A program made the translations under genes and the position numbers. 64,000 bases of DNA from the human T2T-CHM13v2.0 reference genome, Homo sapiens. Of the stretch, positions 37,923-54,525 are shown in pieces; the first letter of the stretch is position 1, and every line of letters starts with the position of its first letter. The notes below the pieces were generated by a model. That model was not told where the DNA came from. It ran no database searches and saw only the letters and a list, made by a program, of their open reading frames with translations. The stretch is from the NCBI RefSeq assembly GCF_009914755.1, contig NC_060938.1; one strand, written 5' to 3'.

Positions 37923-38059
37923 TTAAGTAATTAAAGCCATCTTTTGCAATGAATGCATTGCTTTGAAATTCTTAGAAAACTCTGCCCTTTATAAAAATTT
38001 AATCCATTTTTTACTTCAATAAATTTTATCTTAAAAAGAAATTTCTGTTCTCTACTTAT

Positions 38060-39220
38060 AGGAAACTTTTCTTTTTTTTTCTAGTTTGTATTCTAAATTA
38101 ACGTGGTACCTCTGTAAATTTCTTCCAAAGGCATATTGAGGGATACCGAGGTTTGCAGTACAATTAAACCCATCACACAGTTTGTGAGCATAGGACCCAA
38201 GAAGTAGTTTTTCAACCCTGGCCCACTCTGTCCCTCCCCGTTCTTATTTCCCAGTGTCTATTATTCCCACCTTTATGACAATGTGCACCCAATATGTAGC
38301 TCCCACATGAGTGAAAACATGACATATTTGGTTTCTGTTTCTGCGTTGGTTTGCTTAGGAGAGTGGATTCCAGCTGTATTCATGTTGCTGCAAATGATGT
38401 GATTTTGTTCTTTTCATGGCTGCATAGTATTCCATGGTATATATGGAATTTTCCAATCTACCTTGGATTTTCAATCTACCTTGGATGTACCTGGATTGAC
38501 TCCACGTCTTTGCTATTGTGAATAGTGCTGCAATGAACATACATGTGTATACATCTTTTTGTTACAATGATTTATTGTCCTTTCGATATACCCCTAGTAT
38601 AGTAATGGGGTTGCTGCATCCAACAGTCATTCTTAGTTCTTAATTTCCAAACTGCTCTCCATAGTAGCTGAATTAATTTACATTGCCACAAACGGTTTGT
38701 GTTCCCTTTTCTCCACAGCCTCCCCAACATCCTTTTTTAAGTTTTTATTTATTATTTGTTTTTAACAAAAGTCATTGTGACTGATGTGAAATGGTATTTA
38801 ATTGATGTTTTGTTTGGCATTTTTCTGATGATTAGCAATGGTAAGCATTTTTTAATGTTTGTTGGCCACTTATGTGTGTTATTTTGAGAACTGTCTGTTC
38901 ATGTCCTTTGCCCATTTTTAATGGTCTTATTTATTTTTTGCTTGTTGATTTGTTTAGGTCTCTTATGGATTCTGGATAATAGGCGTTTGCTATATCCATA
39001 CTTTGTGAATATTTTCTTCCATTCCTTATGCTGTCTGTTTAATCCCGTGATAGTTTCTCATGCTGTGCAGAAGCTATTTAGCTAAATTAGATCACACTTG
39101 TCAATTTTTGTTATTCTTGCAATTGCTTTTGAGGACTTAGCCATAAATTAATTGACAAATATGATATCTAGAAGAGTATTTCCTAGGTTTTTTCCAGGAT
39201 TTTTATAGTCAGAAGATGTA
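38060..39220 (-). mobile_element. Old L1 3' end (L1PA15/16 to L1PB class)
   Basis: MFIAALFTIAKTW..YTMEYYAAMK on minus, plus 3'UTR. Confidence 0.85.
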
Positions 39221-39245
39221 CTCTTATGTAAGGAAAGCACAAACC

Positions 39246-39541
39246 TTTTTTTTTGTTTTGTTTTGAGACAGAGTCTCCATCACCAAGGCTATAGTGCAGT
39301 GGTATGATCTTGGCTTACTGCAACCTCTGTCTCCTGGGTTCAAGTGATTCTCCTGCCTCAGCCTCCTGAGTATCTGAGATTACACATGCCTGCCAACACG
39401 CCTTGCTAATTTTTGTATTTTTACTAGAGACAGGTTTCATCATTTTGGCCAGGCTGGTCTCAAACTCCTGACGTCAGGTGATTCACCTGCCTCGGCCTCC
39501 CCAAATTTTGGGATTACAAGTGTGAACCACCATGCCTGGCC
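39246..39541 (-). mobile_element. Alu (S-like)
   Basis: Reverse-complement Alu dimer. Confidence 0.95.
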
Positions 39542-39723
39542 AACCACAAAGCTTTTAACATAAAAAGGGAAATGAACATTTTAGTGTTTTGTTTAATTCA
39601 TAAAATGCAATTATTTTGGATTCTACTAAATAATAAACATCCATATGTGGCAAAGTGTTTGGATGCTAATCATTCAGTTGTGATTATGGGTGGGAAGAAT
39701 TGAGATGGTGCAAATAAACTTTT

Positions 39724-40025
39724 TTAATTTTTTTTTATTTTCAAGATGGAGTCTTGCCCTGTCACCCAGGCTGGAGTGCAGTGGTGCAATCTCAGCTGCT
39801 GCAACCTCCGTCTCCCAGGTTCAAGCAATTCTCTGCCTCAGCCTTCCTAGTAGCTGGGATTACAGGTGCCCACCACCACACCAGGCTAATATATTTTTTT
39901 GTACTTTTAGTAGAGTTGGGGTTTCACCATCTTGGCCAGGCTGGTCTTGAACTCCTGACCTCGTGATACACCTGCCTCAGCCTCCCAAAGTGCTGGGATT
40001 ACAGGCATGAGCCACCACACCTGGC
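39724..40025 (-). mobile_element. Alu (S-like), TSD TGGTGCAAA(T/G)AAACTTT
   Basis: Reverse-complement Alu dimer with flanking direct repeats. Confidence 0.95.
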
Positions 40026-40054
40026 TGGTGCAAAGAAACTTTAAAAGTGGCATG

Positions 40055-40375
<321 letters not shown>

Positions 40376-40726
40376 CTACAATCAATTAGAGAGTAAGCCA
40401 GAGCATCTCAAAGTATATCATCAGTTATCAGGCAATAACATGCAATTTCTAAAACCTAACTTAAATGCAGCTTTTAAAGACATTTCAATCATGTCAGTTT
40501 AGTCACATTTATTGAATAAAGTTAGCAAATGGATATCTCTTGAAAATGAGAGCTCCAGGGAATTAAAAAATGTAAAGTTCCCATTTCCTTTCTGTGTTAA
40601 CACAGCTAATTATGATCTTTACTTCACATGCAAAAGTCAACAGAACAACTCAGTATTTCACCAAATTATAAACAAGAATTACGCTAGAGAAATGAAACCC
40701 TAAAGAGAAACGGTCATATAACTAAC

Positions 40727-40947
<221 letters not shown>

Positions 40948-42280
40948 CTGTAAAGGTAGCAAAGACAAATGCTTAATATTTCATTTTTCCTTAAATGATT
41001 CTTAATGACTTGCAGTTTTTAAAAACTTACCCTGAGAGTAAACCAAATTACCCACTAAATAGTGTTTTCACACAGAAGATGTGTAAGAGCATACCTGTTG
41101 TAAGGAATTATAATTTTAAAATCATTCTAAAGAAGCACCATTGTTTCTAAGGTGATTTCTACTGAACAAGCAGTTCAAACAAAGTAGACAGGGAAGAGAA
41201 ATGGCTATCAGTGATGTATGGCTCAACAGGTAAAACTTCCTGCCTTCTAAAATGGCTCTACTTGGAAGATTCTGAAGATTCCATTAGAAATACTTGTATT
41301 TAAAGGGTAATAATGTGGGAAAATGAATATGTTGATTTGCTTGATTATAAGAACCACTTCACTAGAAATAATTATATCAAAACATCATGTTGTACTCCTT
41401 AATGTAGGTTAAGAAAACTAAAATGAAAGAAAAAAAATCTAGGAACACTTGTGTTTAGTAAACCAGTTTTAGATTTCACTCTTGTACACACCCATTATCT
41501 AGGACCAATTAAACATTTGGCACTGAGGAATAATTCAGAGCAACAACTCCTAGGGGAGAACTAGATTGTCTGGTTGGTGATCAAAAAGAACTAAAGCATC
41601 TCTGAAGGCAATTAGTCCCCAACACTGTGACCAAGGCCCTGGAGGTGGGGCATGTTCTTTCTGCCTTCCACACACCGCTTCAGGCTGAACAAGGTGTTAT
41701 TTTTTAACCGCTTTGTGAATTACACTTCTTTAAATTCCTGTGATAATTATTCCCTATTTCACAAGGGTGCCTTTCTGTAACATCTTGAATATGTTACACA
41801 AATAGTCTTTCTTGAGGCACCCTCTGGTGATAATACTAAAGATCACAATCAAAAACAATTGTGCCCAGAGTAGCAGTACCACTTTGCATTTAGGTTGTGA
41901 TCCACTGAAAAGTAAATTAAACACATTAATATTTCTATTTAGGGAAATTCTGACAAGTAATTTTATAACAAGATCACTTCATTAATTATAAAGCTTCAAA
42001 AATACTTAGTGAAAAAAACTAACAGATCAGGTTAATTATATGAGACTTTTCAGGAAAAAAAGCCATACAAAAGCAAAAAAAAAAATGAGAGGAGAGACAA
42101 AAACTATCTTTGACTAACATTTTAAAGGTAAAATTATTTACTCACGTTATTTTTCAAAATTACATTGTAAAATTAGCATTCACTTCCTTCTAATCTCCTG
42201 AAGCCATCTCACTAAAAATTATGCTTTTGAAACAAATTAATGAGCTTAATTCATTTTCTATGAGTGTATGTTTTGACTTA

Positions 42281-42495
<215 letters not shown>

Positions 42496-42959
42496 CTAAA
42501 ACAGAGGAAAAGAATACACTTTTAAAACAATTATAACCTAATTATTATGTTTGTTGCCTTTCATTTTGAGTCAGCGATTCAAAGAGTATTTTTGAATATG
42601 TTAAAAAAGAGGATGAAGTTTAAAATATTTCAGCAATATCAAAACTAATAACTGAATTCAGAATTAAGTCTGATTTGTAAAAATTTGAAATCATAATTAT
42701 GCTAGTATTAATGTAATCTGGTCATATAAAAAGTAATAGAATCCATTCATAGTTTTAAAAAGTGATCAATGAACACTGTAGCTTAAGACCAATTCATAAT
42801 TATCACATAATTTCTAAAACACAATTTTTTCCTATGCCAACTGGTCTTAATCATCAAATGACTCCATAATGAGAATCATTACTCTGAAAGATTGATTTTG
42901 TTATAATAATAATGGAAATTTAAATATTTAAAAGAAAAAACAGATACCATTTTTTTCTA

Positions 42960-43472
<513 letters not shown>

Positions 43473-43821
43473 TTATCTGTAATGCAGCAGATTCTTCAAA
43501 TGTGAACCCTTAAATTACTCAGAATTTTAAGAACAAAGTTAAAGCTACCATGAGTCATAAAAATATATTCTTTACTATCATCATCTTTGCCACAGAATTT
43601 TTGTACTTAATTTTACTTTTATTTTTCTGATAATTCATTTTTGTTCCTCCTTAAATGGCACAAAGTTATCTCCTAGTAAAAAGTGTCTAACCCCCTTCCT
43701 TCATTATCATTCCCCACAGTATGTCAAAAAAAGTTTCAGAGATATCATATTGAGTTATTTAGGCCAAAGTCAATAAATGGGTCTAGGAATAAGACTTTGA
43801 AAGTGATATTACACTCTATAT

Positions 43822-44105
43822 TAGGCATGGTGGCTCATGCCTGTAATCCTAGCACTTTAAAAAGCTGTGGCAGAAAGATCACTTGAGGCCAGGAATTTAA
43901 GATCAGCCAGAGCAACATAGTGAGACCCCCATCTCTACAAAAAAAAATTTTTTTTAATTACCCGGGCATGGTGGTTCATGCCTGTAGACCCAGCTAGTTG
44001 GGATACTGAGGCAAAAGGATGGCTTGTACCCAGAGTTCAGGGCTGCAGTGAATTATTATCACTGCACTTCTGCCTGGATAACAGACAAAGACCCTATATC
44101 AAAAA
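43822..44105 (+). mobile_element. Old Alu (J-like)
   Basis: Diverged dimer. Confidence 0.85.
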
Positions 44106-44204
44106 ACAACACAAAATAATGAAATCTATGATTAAGGATTCTGATGCTATAAGCCTTTCCTTAAACTGCAAATGTTTCATGCTAATTTGAATTGCATTTT
44201 AAGA

Positions 44205-45960
44205 AGTAATGATTCTTGGGGTAAAGACCATAGAATACAGCACCCAGAAATAAATTCACATATTTCCAGCCAACTGATTTTGGACGAACATTCCAAGAAC
44301 ATACGCTGGGGAAAGGACAGCCTCTTCAAATGAATGACACTGGGAAAACTAAATATCCATATGGAGAAGAATGATATTAGCTTCCTATGTAACACCATAT
44401 AACAACATAAACTCAGAATCGATTGAAGACTGAAATGTAAGGCCCAAAATTATCAAACTACTCTAAGTAAATATAAGGAAAATGCTTGAGGACATTAGTC
44501 TGCACAAAGATTTTTATGGGTAAGACATCAGAAGCATAGGCAAACAACAAATCATAGACAAAAGACACTACATTAAGCTAAAGAGCTTCTGTCCAGCAAA
44601 CAACTGAGTGAAGAGAAAACCTGTAGAATAGGAGAAAATATTGTCAAGCTATTCACCTAATGAGGGACTAATATACAAAATATACAAAAAAACTCAAACA
44701 ACTTCACAGTAAAAAAAATCTGAGTTTAAAATTGGGCAAAATATCTAACTATACTTTTTTTTAGAAAAAGAAATACAAATAGCCGATAAATAAATTTTAA
44801 AATGCTCAGTATCACTAATCCTCAGGGAAATACAAATCAAATCTACAATGTGATATAATCTTGCTTCAATTTGAATAAATTGCTGTCATTGAAAAGACAA
44901 AAAAAATAGCAAATGCTGGTGAGGCTCCAGAGAACAGTAAACTCTTACATGCTGTTGGTGGGAAGGTAAATTAGTGCAGCCACTATAGAGAACAACAGGA
45001 GGTTTTCTCAAAAAAACTAATAATGGGACTGCCGAGGGATCCAGCAACCCCACTACCGGGTATTCAGGCAATAGAAAAGAAAACAATAGATCAAAAGGAT
45101 ATCTGTCCTCATATGTTTACTGTAGCACTATCCACAACAGCTTGTGTATGGAATCAACCTACATGTCCATCACCAAATGAATGGACGAAAAACTGTGGCA
45201 CACAAACACAGTGGAATACTATTCACCATATAAAGGAATTAAATCCTGTTATTCGTGGCCACGTGGATCAGTCTGACGGATGTTATGTTAAGTGCAGACA
45301 CAGAAAGATAAATACTGCACATTCTTACTCATGTGTGGGAGCTAAAGGAAAATTGAAGGCTGGGCAATATGGCTGATGCCTGTAACTTCCTCGCTCTTTG
45401 TAAGACCAAAGCAAGAGAATCATTTGAGGCCAAAAGTTCCAGAGCTCCCTGGGCAACATAGGGAGATATCTCTACAAAGTCAAAAATCAGACATGTGCAA
45501 TGGTGTATGCCCATAATGCCAGCTGCTCAGGAGGCTGAGGTGTGAGGATCAGATGGGCCCAAGAGTTTGAAGCTGCAGTGAACTATGATCAAACCACTGT
45601 CTCCAGTCTGGGTGACTACAGTTGCCCAGAGCCCAGACTACACTAGCAAGACCCTGTCTCTTAACAAAAAAAAGCTCACAGAAGTAGGGGAGAGGAGGCT
45701 GGTTAATGGATACAGAATTACAGTTAGATAAGAGGAGTGAGTTCTGGTGTTCTGTGGCATTGTAGGGTGAATATGGTTAACTATGACTTATTGTATATTT
45801 TTAAAAAGCCAGAAAATTTTGAATGTTCACAATTCAAAGAAATGAAAAATGGTTGAAGTAGTAAATGTGCTAGTTAGCTTGATCATTACACACTATATAC
45901 GTGTATAAAAATATCACTCTATAGCCCATAATTATGTATATATGTGTCAATTAAAACAAA
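44205..45960 (+). mobile_element. L1MA/PB-class 3' fragment interrupted by a J-like Alu (45358-45672)
   Basis: ORF2 C-terminal remnant LPRDPATPLPGI..KDICPHMFTVAL; the L1 3'UTR resumes after the Alu. Confidence 0.8.
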
Positions 45961-47739
45961 AGAGAAGCTACATTCATCCCATTTAAAAAACAGAATATGG
46001 GCCAGCCTTACTGACTTCCTTCTAATGAGTAGAATGTAGTGAAAGGGATACCATGTGGCTTCCCTATCTCAGACTGTTTTCCCTTGGAACCCAGCCCCAA
46101 TTGTGAGAGCCATCAGGCCACAAACAGAGCCTGAAAGTGCCTGTGTCAGTGTTCATGCTGCCTGTCCCAACCAAGTTTACAGCCGATGGCCAGCATCAAC
46201 CATCAAACAAGTGGGTGACCAAAGCTTCAGAGGATTCCATTTCCCCAACTGATCAGCTGTTCCTAGGGAAGCTGAAGGGAGCAGAGCAAGCTGTCCTGGC
46301 CAAGTTTTTCCCAAACCACAGGTTCATGAACAAAATAAATGTTTTTCTTTCAAGCCACAAGACTCTGGGTAATTGTTAGGAAAATAAGTTTTAAAAAGAG
46401 ACAACAGGAAACATAACTTATGCAGCAGAAAAGAGTCTCCTTTAAAGCAGGATCTAATAAAGGTTGATATTTATTTATTGATGTCAAACATTATTGAGAA
46501 GCAGTAGATAACCAGGAGAGAGACATAAGCTGCTGAGGAGGAATTTTCCTAAAACAACTTCAATTATGAACTCTGATAACAAGGCAAGGGTGTCTTCTTA
46601 CAATTTCCCCTCAAGTTAGGAAGTAAGACTGGGAAGCAAGAAGATGTATGATTTGAAAAACAACTAGAAATACTGGGTGACATAGGCAAAATCAGACATT
46701 TACCTGATTTCAATTAACTAAAATTCTAAAAGAAGAAGTTTTGAGTATTTATTAATCAACCTAGTATTCAATTTTCATTTTCTTTTCTAAATGAGGAAAT
46801 AAGGAGAATATTATGGAATGATTTTTATTCTTCACAGAAGTAAAATAAGCATAGTGTGTTTTGAGTGTTAAGACACAAATGCAACTTCTCCTTTACCTTA
46901 CTCCAAGCTTGTTTGTATGGAGAAGTTAAGACCATCCCATTTCTATGTTATGCCACAATGCTTCTCTATAGCACACAACTTGGCTCTGAAATTTTGAAAG
47001 TCAAAATACTAATCTACTATGTGTCTCTGATAAATTGCCTGAACGTTACCTGATTTTGAAGTGCTGCACTCCTAAGACTTTTTCTTGGAATGAGTTAAAC
47101 GTTTTATTCCAAGAATCCTCTACTGAGCTAGAAAGCAGAGCTGTGCATCTCTGTTTCAGTAAAAGGAGGTCAATATAGGGAACTGTGGTTTCTGAGAATG
47201 CAAGATCTGCACTAATAAAAGGATTAGCCACAGTGCTACCCAAGAGAACCAGCTACCAGGAGGAAAGAGGGTCTGTAAACTGCAAGATGATGACTTCACT
47301 TGATTTCCACTGAGGAAAGCTGGTGGCTCAGACTTAAACTTCTCCTTCCTAGATGGTAAACATCTATGGAAGGTTCTATGAATTATAATGAGTTAGTAAA
47401 ACATAATGCACTGAATATTAGACTATGTCAGCAGATCCTGTAACCAAAACTTTCTGAAAATATAACTATAGTGGGAGGCAATGGAAAAGAGACTAAAGGC
47501 TTGAATGGAGAAAAAAAGAAATTAAGTGTGTCTTGTAAGCCTGGCGTCTGATCATGTCTTAGAGGAAGTAAGGTATAAGCTGGCCAGAGACTCCTTTGTG
47601 ACACAAAAGGTGAAGTTACAGACATTCCACTAAATTTAATTTTTATTATGACATAAGACAACTGGTAATATGCAACATGATTGAAAAAAACTTCTCATTC
47701 AATTCGATTGGGCCTTGACATAAGAATAGACATAAACAA

Positions 47740-49495
47740 GCTAAGAATTGACAATCTAAAAATAAGCCTGCACTTTTACAGTCAATTGATTTTATACAAG
47801 CTTAACAAAAGAACAAAATGGGAAAAGAATAGTCTTTTCAACAAATGGTGCTGGGACAACTGGGTATCCATAAGCAAAAAATAAATAAAGTTCGACCAAA
47901 TATCATATTTAATAATTAACTCAAAATAAAACAGTTAACTGTAAAAGCTAAAACTATAAAACCCTCAGAAGAAAACACTGGCATAAATCTTTGTGACTGC
48001 ATTTGCCAGTGTTTTCTTAGCTATGACTCCAAAGGAAAAATGGATTCAATGGACTTCAAAATTGAAAACTGCTGTGCCTCAGAAGACAGCATGAAGAAGT
48101 GAAAAGGTAAGACGCCAAGTAGAAGAAAGTATTTGAAAAGCGTGTATCTGATAAGGGACTTACATATATAGGAAATATAAATAACTCTTGCAATTAATAA
48201 ATAACAAGATAAGCCAATTTTAAAAAATGGGCAAGGATTTTGAATAGATATATCTGCAAAGAAGATATAAAGATGGATAAGCACATTAATAGATGCTTAA
48301 TGTAATTAGTCATTAGGAAAATGTAAATCAAAACCACATGTGGTATCACTTCACACCACAGGATAAAATCTTTGTTCAAGAAAAAAGAGTGTTAGGAAAA
48401 ATGTAAAGAAATTAAAACCCTTATCTAATGCTGCTGGGAATGTAAAGTGATGCAGCCACTTTGGAAAACAAACTGGCAGCTCCTTAAAGGGTTAAGCATG
48501 AAGTTACCATATGACACAGAAATTCCAGTCATAAGTATATACTCCAGAAAAATAAAAACATACGCAAGCACAAAAACTCATACATAAATGTTTACAGCAG
48601 CATTATTAATAGTAGTCAAAAGGTGGAAAGAACCAGAACGTCTGTCACCTTTGGCTGGGAGAGAACCCAAAGGTCCATCACCTGGCGAATGGATAAATAA
48701 AATGTTTGATGTATCCATACAATGGAATATTACTCAGCAATAAGAAGAAATTAAGTACAGATACCGTATTAGGAGGAGACAGCAAAATGCCTATGCAGAT
48801 ACGGAAGGGTCCCCGGAGAATCTCCAACGAGCCCCACAAGTGTTTACACCAGATGTTATGTGCAGATAAGGGAACCTGGACTTGTCTTGCCTGGACATGC
48901 CCACAGCAGACTGGAGGCCCACATGCAGTGGGGGGATGGGGTGGAGTCACCAGGAATTCACACCTTATGCAGAGGAGGAGCCTGGCCGCTTCAGCTCATG
49001 TGCTCCTGGTATTCAATTGTGAGGTGGAAACCTCTTTGCAGGACCCCTCTCTTTGCTGAGAGCTGTGCTTTCACATAATAAATTCTGCCCTCCTCAATGT
49101 GTCTGCATGCTTAATTTTTCCTGGTCACGAGAGAAGAACACAGATGTAGCTGAACTAAGGAGCAAAAACCCAGCATCAATACCTGCTACAGCACAGATGC
49201 AGCATGAAAAATTATGCTAAGTGAAATAAGCCAGTCCCAGCAGACCACTTGCTTTTTATTTCAGAGGCTTATAGGCAAATCTATACAAAGAAGGTGGGTG
49301 GTTCCCTAGGGCTGAGGGAGGAAGGGAAAACTAGTGAAGATGGCTAAATGATGTGGGGTTTGTTTTTAGGGTGATGAAAATGTTCTAAAATTAATTGTAA
49401 TGATGACGGCATAACTCTCTGAAAATACTAAAGTTAATGAATTCTATACTTTAAATGAGTGAATTGCATGGCGTGTTCATTATTTCTCAATAAAC
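47740..49495 (+). mobile_element. L1MB-class 3' fragment interrupted by a solo LTR
   Basis: QLI..KWEKNSLFNKWCWDNWVSI remnant and L1M-type 3'UTR ending TCTCAATAAA. Confidence 0.78.
48765..49178 (+). mobile_element. ERV1 solo LTR (MER61/MER83-like) with 4-bp TSD ATAC
   Basis: Ends in CATCA, internal AATAAA at ~49077, ATAC on both flanks, host L1 rejoins across it. Confidence 0.75.
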
Positions 49496-49664
49496 CTGTT
49501 ACCCCCCACCCCAAATTAATTTGGTACTAGAGATCTGCAGATAGGTACTGCTTGGTTTCAAATCACTGGCCAGGGTTCAAGGTCTAAGAGAATCAACAAC
49601 ATGTCCTTTTTATAGAAAAAGAGATTTATATTTTACAAGCTATCCTTTTCATTAGTATCAAGTC

Positions 49665-50080
49665 TGTAAAATTCAATGAAAAATCTTTCTTTCGCTGCTT
49701 AAAGCACTGACAGATTTATATAGAGGAATAAGACCTTGTTTTCCTTGGCCCCAATTTCTATCTAAAGGGTCTGGGAAACACACCCTTCAAACTATCAAAT
49801 CTCATCAGATGGGTTTTATTAACACTTATAATATGGCTTCCTTTCTAATCTGATTCTGGTGCAGCATCACAGAGAGAAGAAGCTGAAGGAAATCAAAATA
49901 TTTTACCCACAAATATATTTTTTGACGTATTTTGAAATGGCTGCTGCAGGGCCAAGAGATTGAAATGGCCCTCATTAAGGTAGCCCAATCTCCCCTTCTA
50001 GGTCTTTCCAGATCTGGGGAAGATTAACTAAGAGCCTGAGGCATTTAAAGTTTGAAAAGATATATTTACCCTCTATTTTC
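49665..50080 (+). mobile_element. MER4-family LTR fragment
   Basis: Motif AAATCAAAATATTTTACCC..AAATATATTT..GAC.TATTTTGAAATGGC. Confidence 0.65.
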
Positions 50081-50189
50081 TCAACATATTTTGGCAGAAT
50101 TTGGATTTTTCCATTATCAATATTTTCCAAAATGCATGATTTTTAATACCAAAACTGATTTAAAATTACCATACGTTGGAATATAAATT

Positions 50190-50630
50190 ATTCTATTATA
50201 AAGATACATGCATTTGCATGTTCACTGCAGCACTATTCACAATAGTAAAGACATGGAATCAACACAGATGGACATTATCAGTGATAATGGGATAAAGAAA
50301 ATGTGGTATATATACACCATGGAATACTATGGAGCCATAAAAATGAATGAGATCATGCTCTTTGCAGGGATATGGATGAACCCAAAGCTGATATCTTCAG
50401 CAAACTAATGCAGGAAGAAAAAACCAAACACTGCATCTTCTCACTTATAAGTGGGAGCTGAACGATAAGAGCACATGGACTCGGGGAGGGGAACAACAAA
50501 CACTGGGGCCTGTTGGGGTCAGGAGGGAGAGCATCAAGATCAATAACTAATGCCCACAGGGCTTAATATCTAGGTGATGGATTGATAGGTGCAGCAAACC
50601 ATCATGGAACACGTTTACCTATATAAGAAA
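50190..50630 (+). mobile_element. L1PA (old) 3' end fragment
   Basis: IKKMWYIYTMEYYGAIK plus 3'UTR. Confidence 0.85.
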
Positions 50631-51016
50631 CTTGTTGGCCAGACTGGTCTTTAACTCCTGACCTCATGATCTTCATGCCTTGGCCTCCCAAAGTGCTGGG
50701 ATTACAGGTGTGGCCACCATGCCTGGTGGCTATTTCTCTTTTTAAATTCTCTCAGGACTCCTAAAATCTCAAAACTTTGACCTAGATTCCCTAATCTACA
50801 TTTCCAGCTCTGACCATTTTCTTGAGGTCTCTTCGTTCTAGTACACATATTATAGAAAATATTCTCAACCACATGCTCATACATTGCTAATTGGTGCAGA
50901 TTACTTTTGTAGATAGTGAATGTTGTCTATTTTATGTTGGTTCTCATTAATGTTACTTTGAGTATACTGTTATTTTCTAATCTCAAAGGGGGGCTATCTC
51001 ACTGTTATGATACTAA

Positions 51017-51418
<402 letters not shown>

Positions 51419-51804
51419 TGAGAATCATATTATCAATTGTTTGCCTTTGTTTTCTTTTAAAGAAATTCCTTTTCCATAGAGATATGGCATGATGAAAGTC
51501 TTGTTCTAAAGTTTCTTTTGGGGGACACTTAACTATGTCATTGGGAAGCTTCAGTAAGTAGAGAACTCCCTTCTTCTCACTCAAGATTCTTCATCTCAAA
51601 ATGGTGTCCACCAAATGTCTTAATCCAGGTAGTCTTTTGTGTAGAAATTCATGAAATAAGAACCTTCTCGAGAAGTTGGAGGCTAGTGATTGAGATGGTT
51701 TAACGCTGCCCCTTATTATATGTTTTACTCCCAAGGTAGACATCAAAGTGGCTAATAATTCTATGACTGATGTCTAACTCACTTCTATGGGAATCTATAC
51801 AAAA

Positions 51805-52082
51805 CGTTTTATTTATGAGACAGAGTCTCCCTCTGTTACCCAGCCTGGAGCGCAGCGGCTTGATCACTGTTCACTACAGCCTCAATATTCCAAGCTCAAA
51901 CGACCCTCCTACCACAGCCTCCCAATGTAGCTGGGACTACAGGCGTGCACCACCATGCCTCAGATAAGTGTTTAATTTTTTTTTTTTTTTTTTTTTTTTT
52001 TTAGAGACAGGGTCTCACTATATTGCTCTGGCTGGTCTCAAACTCATGGGCTCAAACGATCCTCCTGCTTCAGCCTTCCAAA
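51805..52082 (-). mobile_element. Old Alu (J-like) with a long central T run
   Basis: Diverged reverse-complement Alu. Confidence 0.85.
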
Positions 52083-53189
52083 ACCAGGTGTTTAACTGGG
52101 GACTAACATGAAACACTTAGAAGACTACGTGGAACATAGTGAGCTACATAAAATATTTGCTATTAGCATAATAATTTTATTGTATATCTTAACAAAATTG
52201 TGTATTTTAGGCAGGTGGCATGCCAATGGAAGTACTCTCCTATAGCTGCACTGAATCATTCTTACCACTGAGAGTTGCAGCAAATGGGGGACATAATTTA
52301 TAACTTACTTTTCTCTCTGTATGACTCATTAGGCAATGACTATGTATGTACTACAATGTAAACAGCACCTTCTGGATTGAATAGTACATAACTGACATGA
52401 CCAGCAGAGACAGGCTAAAGACACTGAGCTGAAAACCCTGGACTCTATTGCTAAATCAAGGCTCCTGAATCCGTTCCCTCTGAGAAACTGTTGCTGTGGT
52501 GCTGCCTTCACAAGCACTCTGCTGAGCACTCATATTGAGGGGCTGTGCTATCCGTCATCGGACAAGCTGCACCCAGAACTGTTCAGCTGACAAACTGGTA
52601 GCAGTCCAGAAACACAGTTCTGCTGCATAGTGAAAAAAGGCCAATTTAGATTCTTTTTCATAGAGAGAAAAACATAAACATGTGATTGAACGAGTCTCCT
52701 GTATTAGACTAATTGGGTTGGCTTTGATATTTAATTGCTAAAAACACACTTAGAATATAAACCTTACTGTGTCAAGGTCTCAAAGAAGAAATAATTGGTA
52801 TGGTATAAAGTATTGAATTGTATGCTACAAACTTCTAAGCTAAAATATTTTCAATGTATGCAAGGATAGGTGGCACACATATTATATATTATTCCCCCAT
52901 TAAGCAAATTTATAATGAGAGAAAACTATCTTCCATAAAAAAATAAAAGCCATGTAAAATTAAGAACTAAGTTTTTCTGCAAAGACTAGACAACGATTGC
53001 TAACACATAAGGTCAATGAGAGAACACTCAGAGAAAGCTTCATGAAAACAATAAATTGTCTGCCACTTCTGAGTGAATGAGGCTAGATGAATAGAAACTG
53101 AGAAGGCAGAAAGGATAGCATGAGCAAGACAAGTGCTGAAATCTGCCCAATTAACTCTGAGGATAAAGTCCAATGGCAGAGAAATAAAA

Positions 53190-53680
53190 ACGCGTGTCCA
53201 CATAATAACCTGTAAGTGAATGTTCGCAGCAGCATTTTTCATAAGAGCTAAACAGTGGAAACTAACCTAAAGGTCCATCAACCGATGAATGAATGGAAAA
53301 CCAGTATAGACATGGAATAGAATATCACTTAACTGTAAGAAGAAATAAACTACCAATGTGTGCTAAAACATTATGCTAAGTGAATTCTGAAAACATTATG
53401 CTAAGTGAAAAAGCCAGTCACAAAGGACTACGTATTGTATAACTCTATGTATATGAAATAGGCAGAACAGGCGAACATATGGAGACAAAAGCAGATAGAT
53501 GGTGGTTGCCTACAACAGAGGTAGGTGGAGGGACATGGAGGAAGGCTGCAGTCATGCCTAGGAGATGTAGCGTTGCTTTTCAGGGTGATGAAAATGCTGT
53601 GAATTACTAATAGATACTGAGTTGTACATTTTAAATGGTTGAACTCTCTCAAATGTGAATGATATCTCAGTGAAACTGTT
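53190..53680 (+). mobile_element. L1M 3'UTR fragment
   Basis: ATGCTAAGTGAAAAAGCCAGTCACAAAGGAC and GGTGATGAAAATG motifs. Confidence 0.7.
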
Positions 53681-54288
53681 TTTAAAATCCGAAGGCAGGA
53701 TCAAGATAATTTTCTCAACTCTCAATTTTTGATGTACATGTTATCTCAAATTTAAATATTTCCACAGTTTTATAGTATATTTTAAATAAAAGATAAAGAA
53801 AATGCCTAACTTTTCAAATAGTTTGTAAATTAACCTAAAACATGCACTTTTAAAAGAATAGTATAATGGCCTTTCTGTACAAGTTAACCTAGAATCTGTG
53901 AAATAAATAGACACAGATTCTGTGTCCACTCACAAAAGTGAAGAAATAAGACAATTTTCTGGAACATTCCATGAAACATTCTTCTCTGATTTAATCTGGC
54001 CTGCCTCATCAGAGCAATACAAAAATTACTTAAAAATACTCTTTTAACAGGACAAAAGTCAGTTTTCTATGAGGAATGATATATAATTCTCAACTTTTCC
54101 AAGGGTACGTATTGTAAGAGAAAAGGTATGCAATGGTTTTTCAAAATGGTAGAATGAAAGTCACAATATAAAAAAATAAGTACATTATAGAGATAGTAAA
54201 GTGGAAATAATTCATTGTAATGAAAATAAAAAATCAAGCTTCTGCCATAATTAGTATCCTAAAACATGTTATGTAATTCAACTAGCTA

Positions 54289-54525
<237 letters not shown>
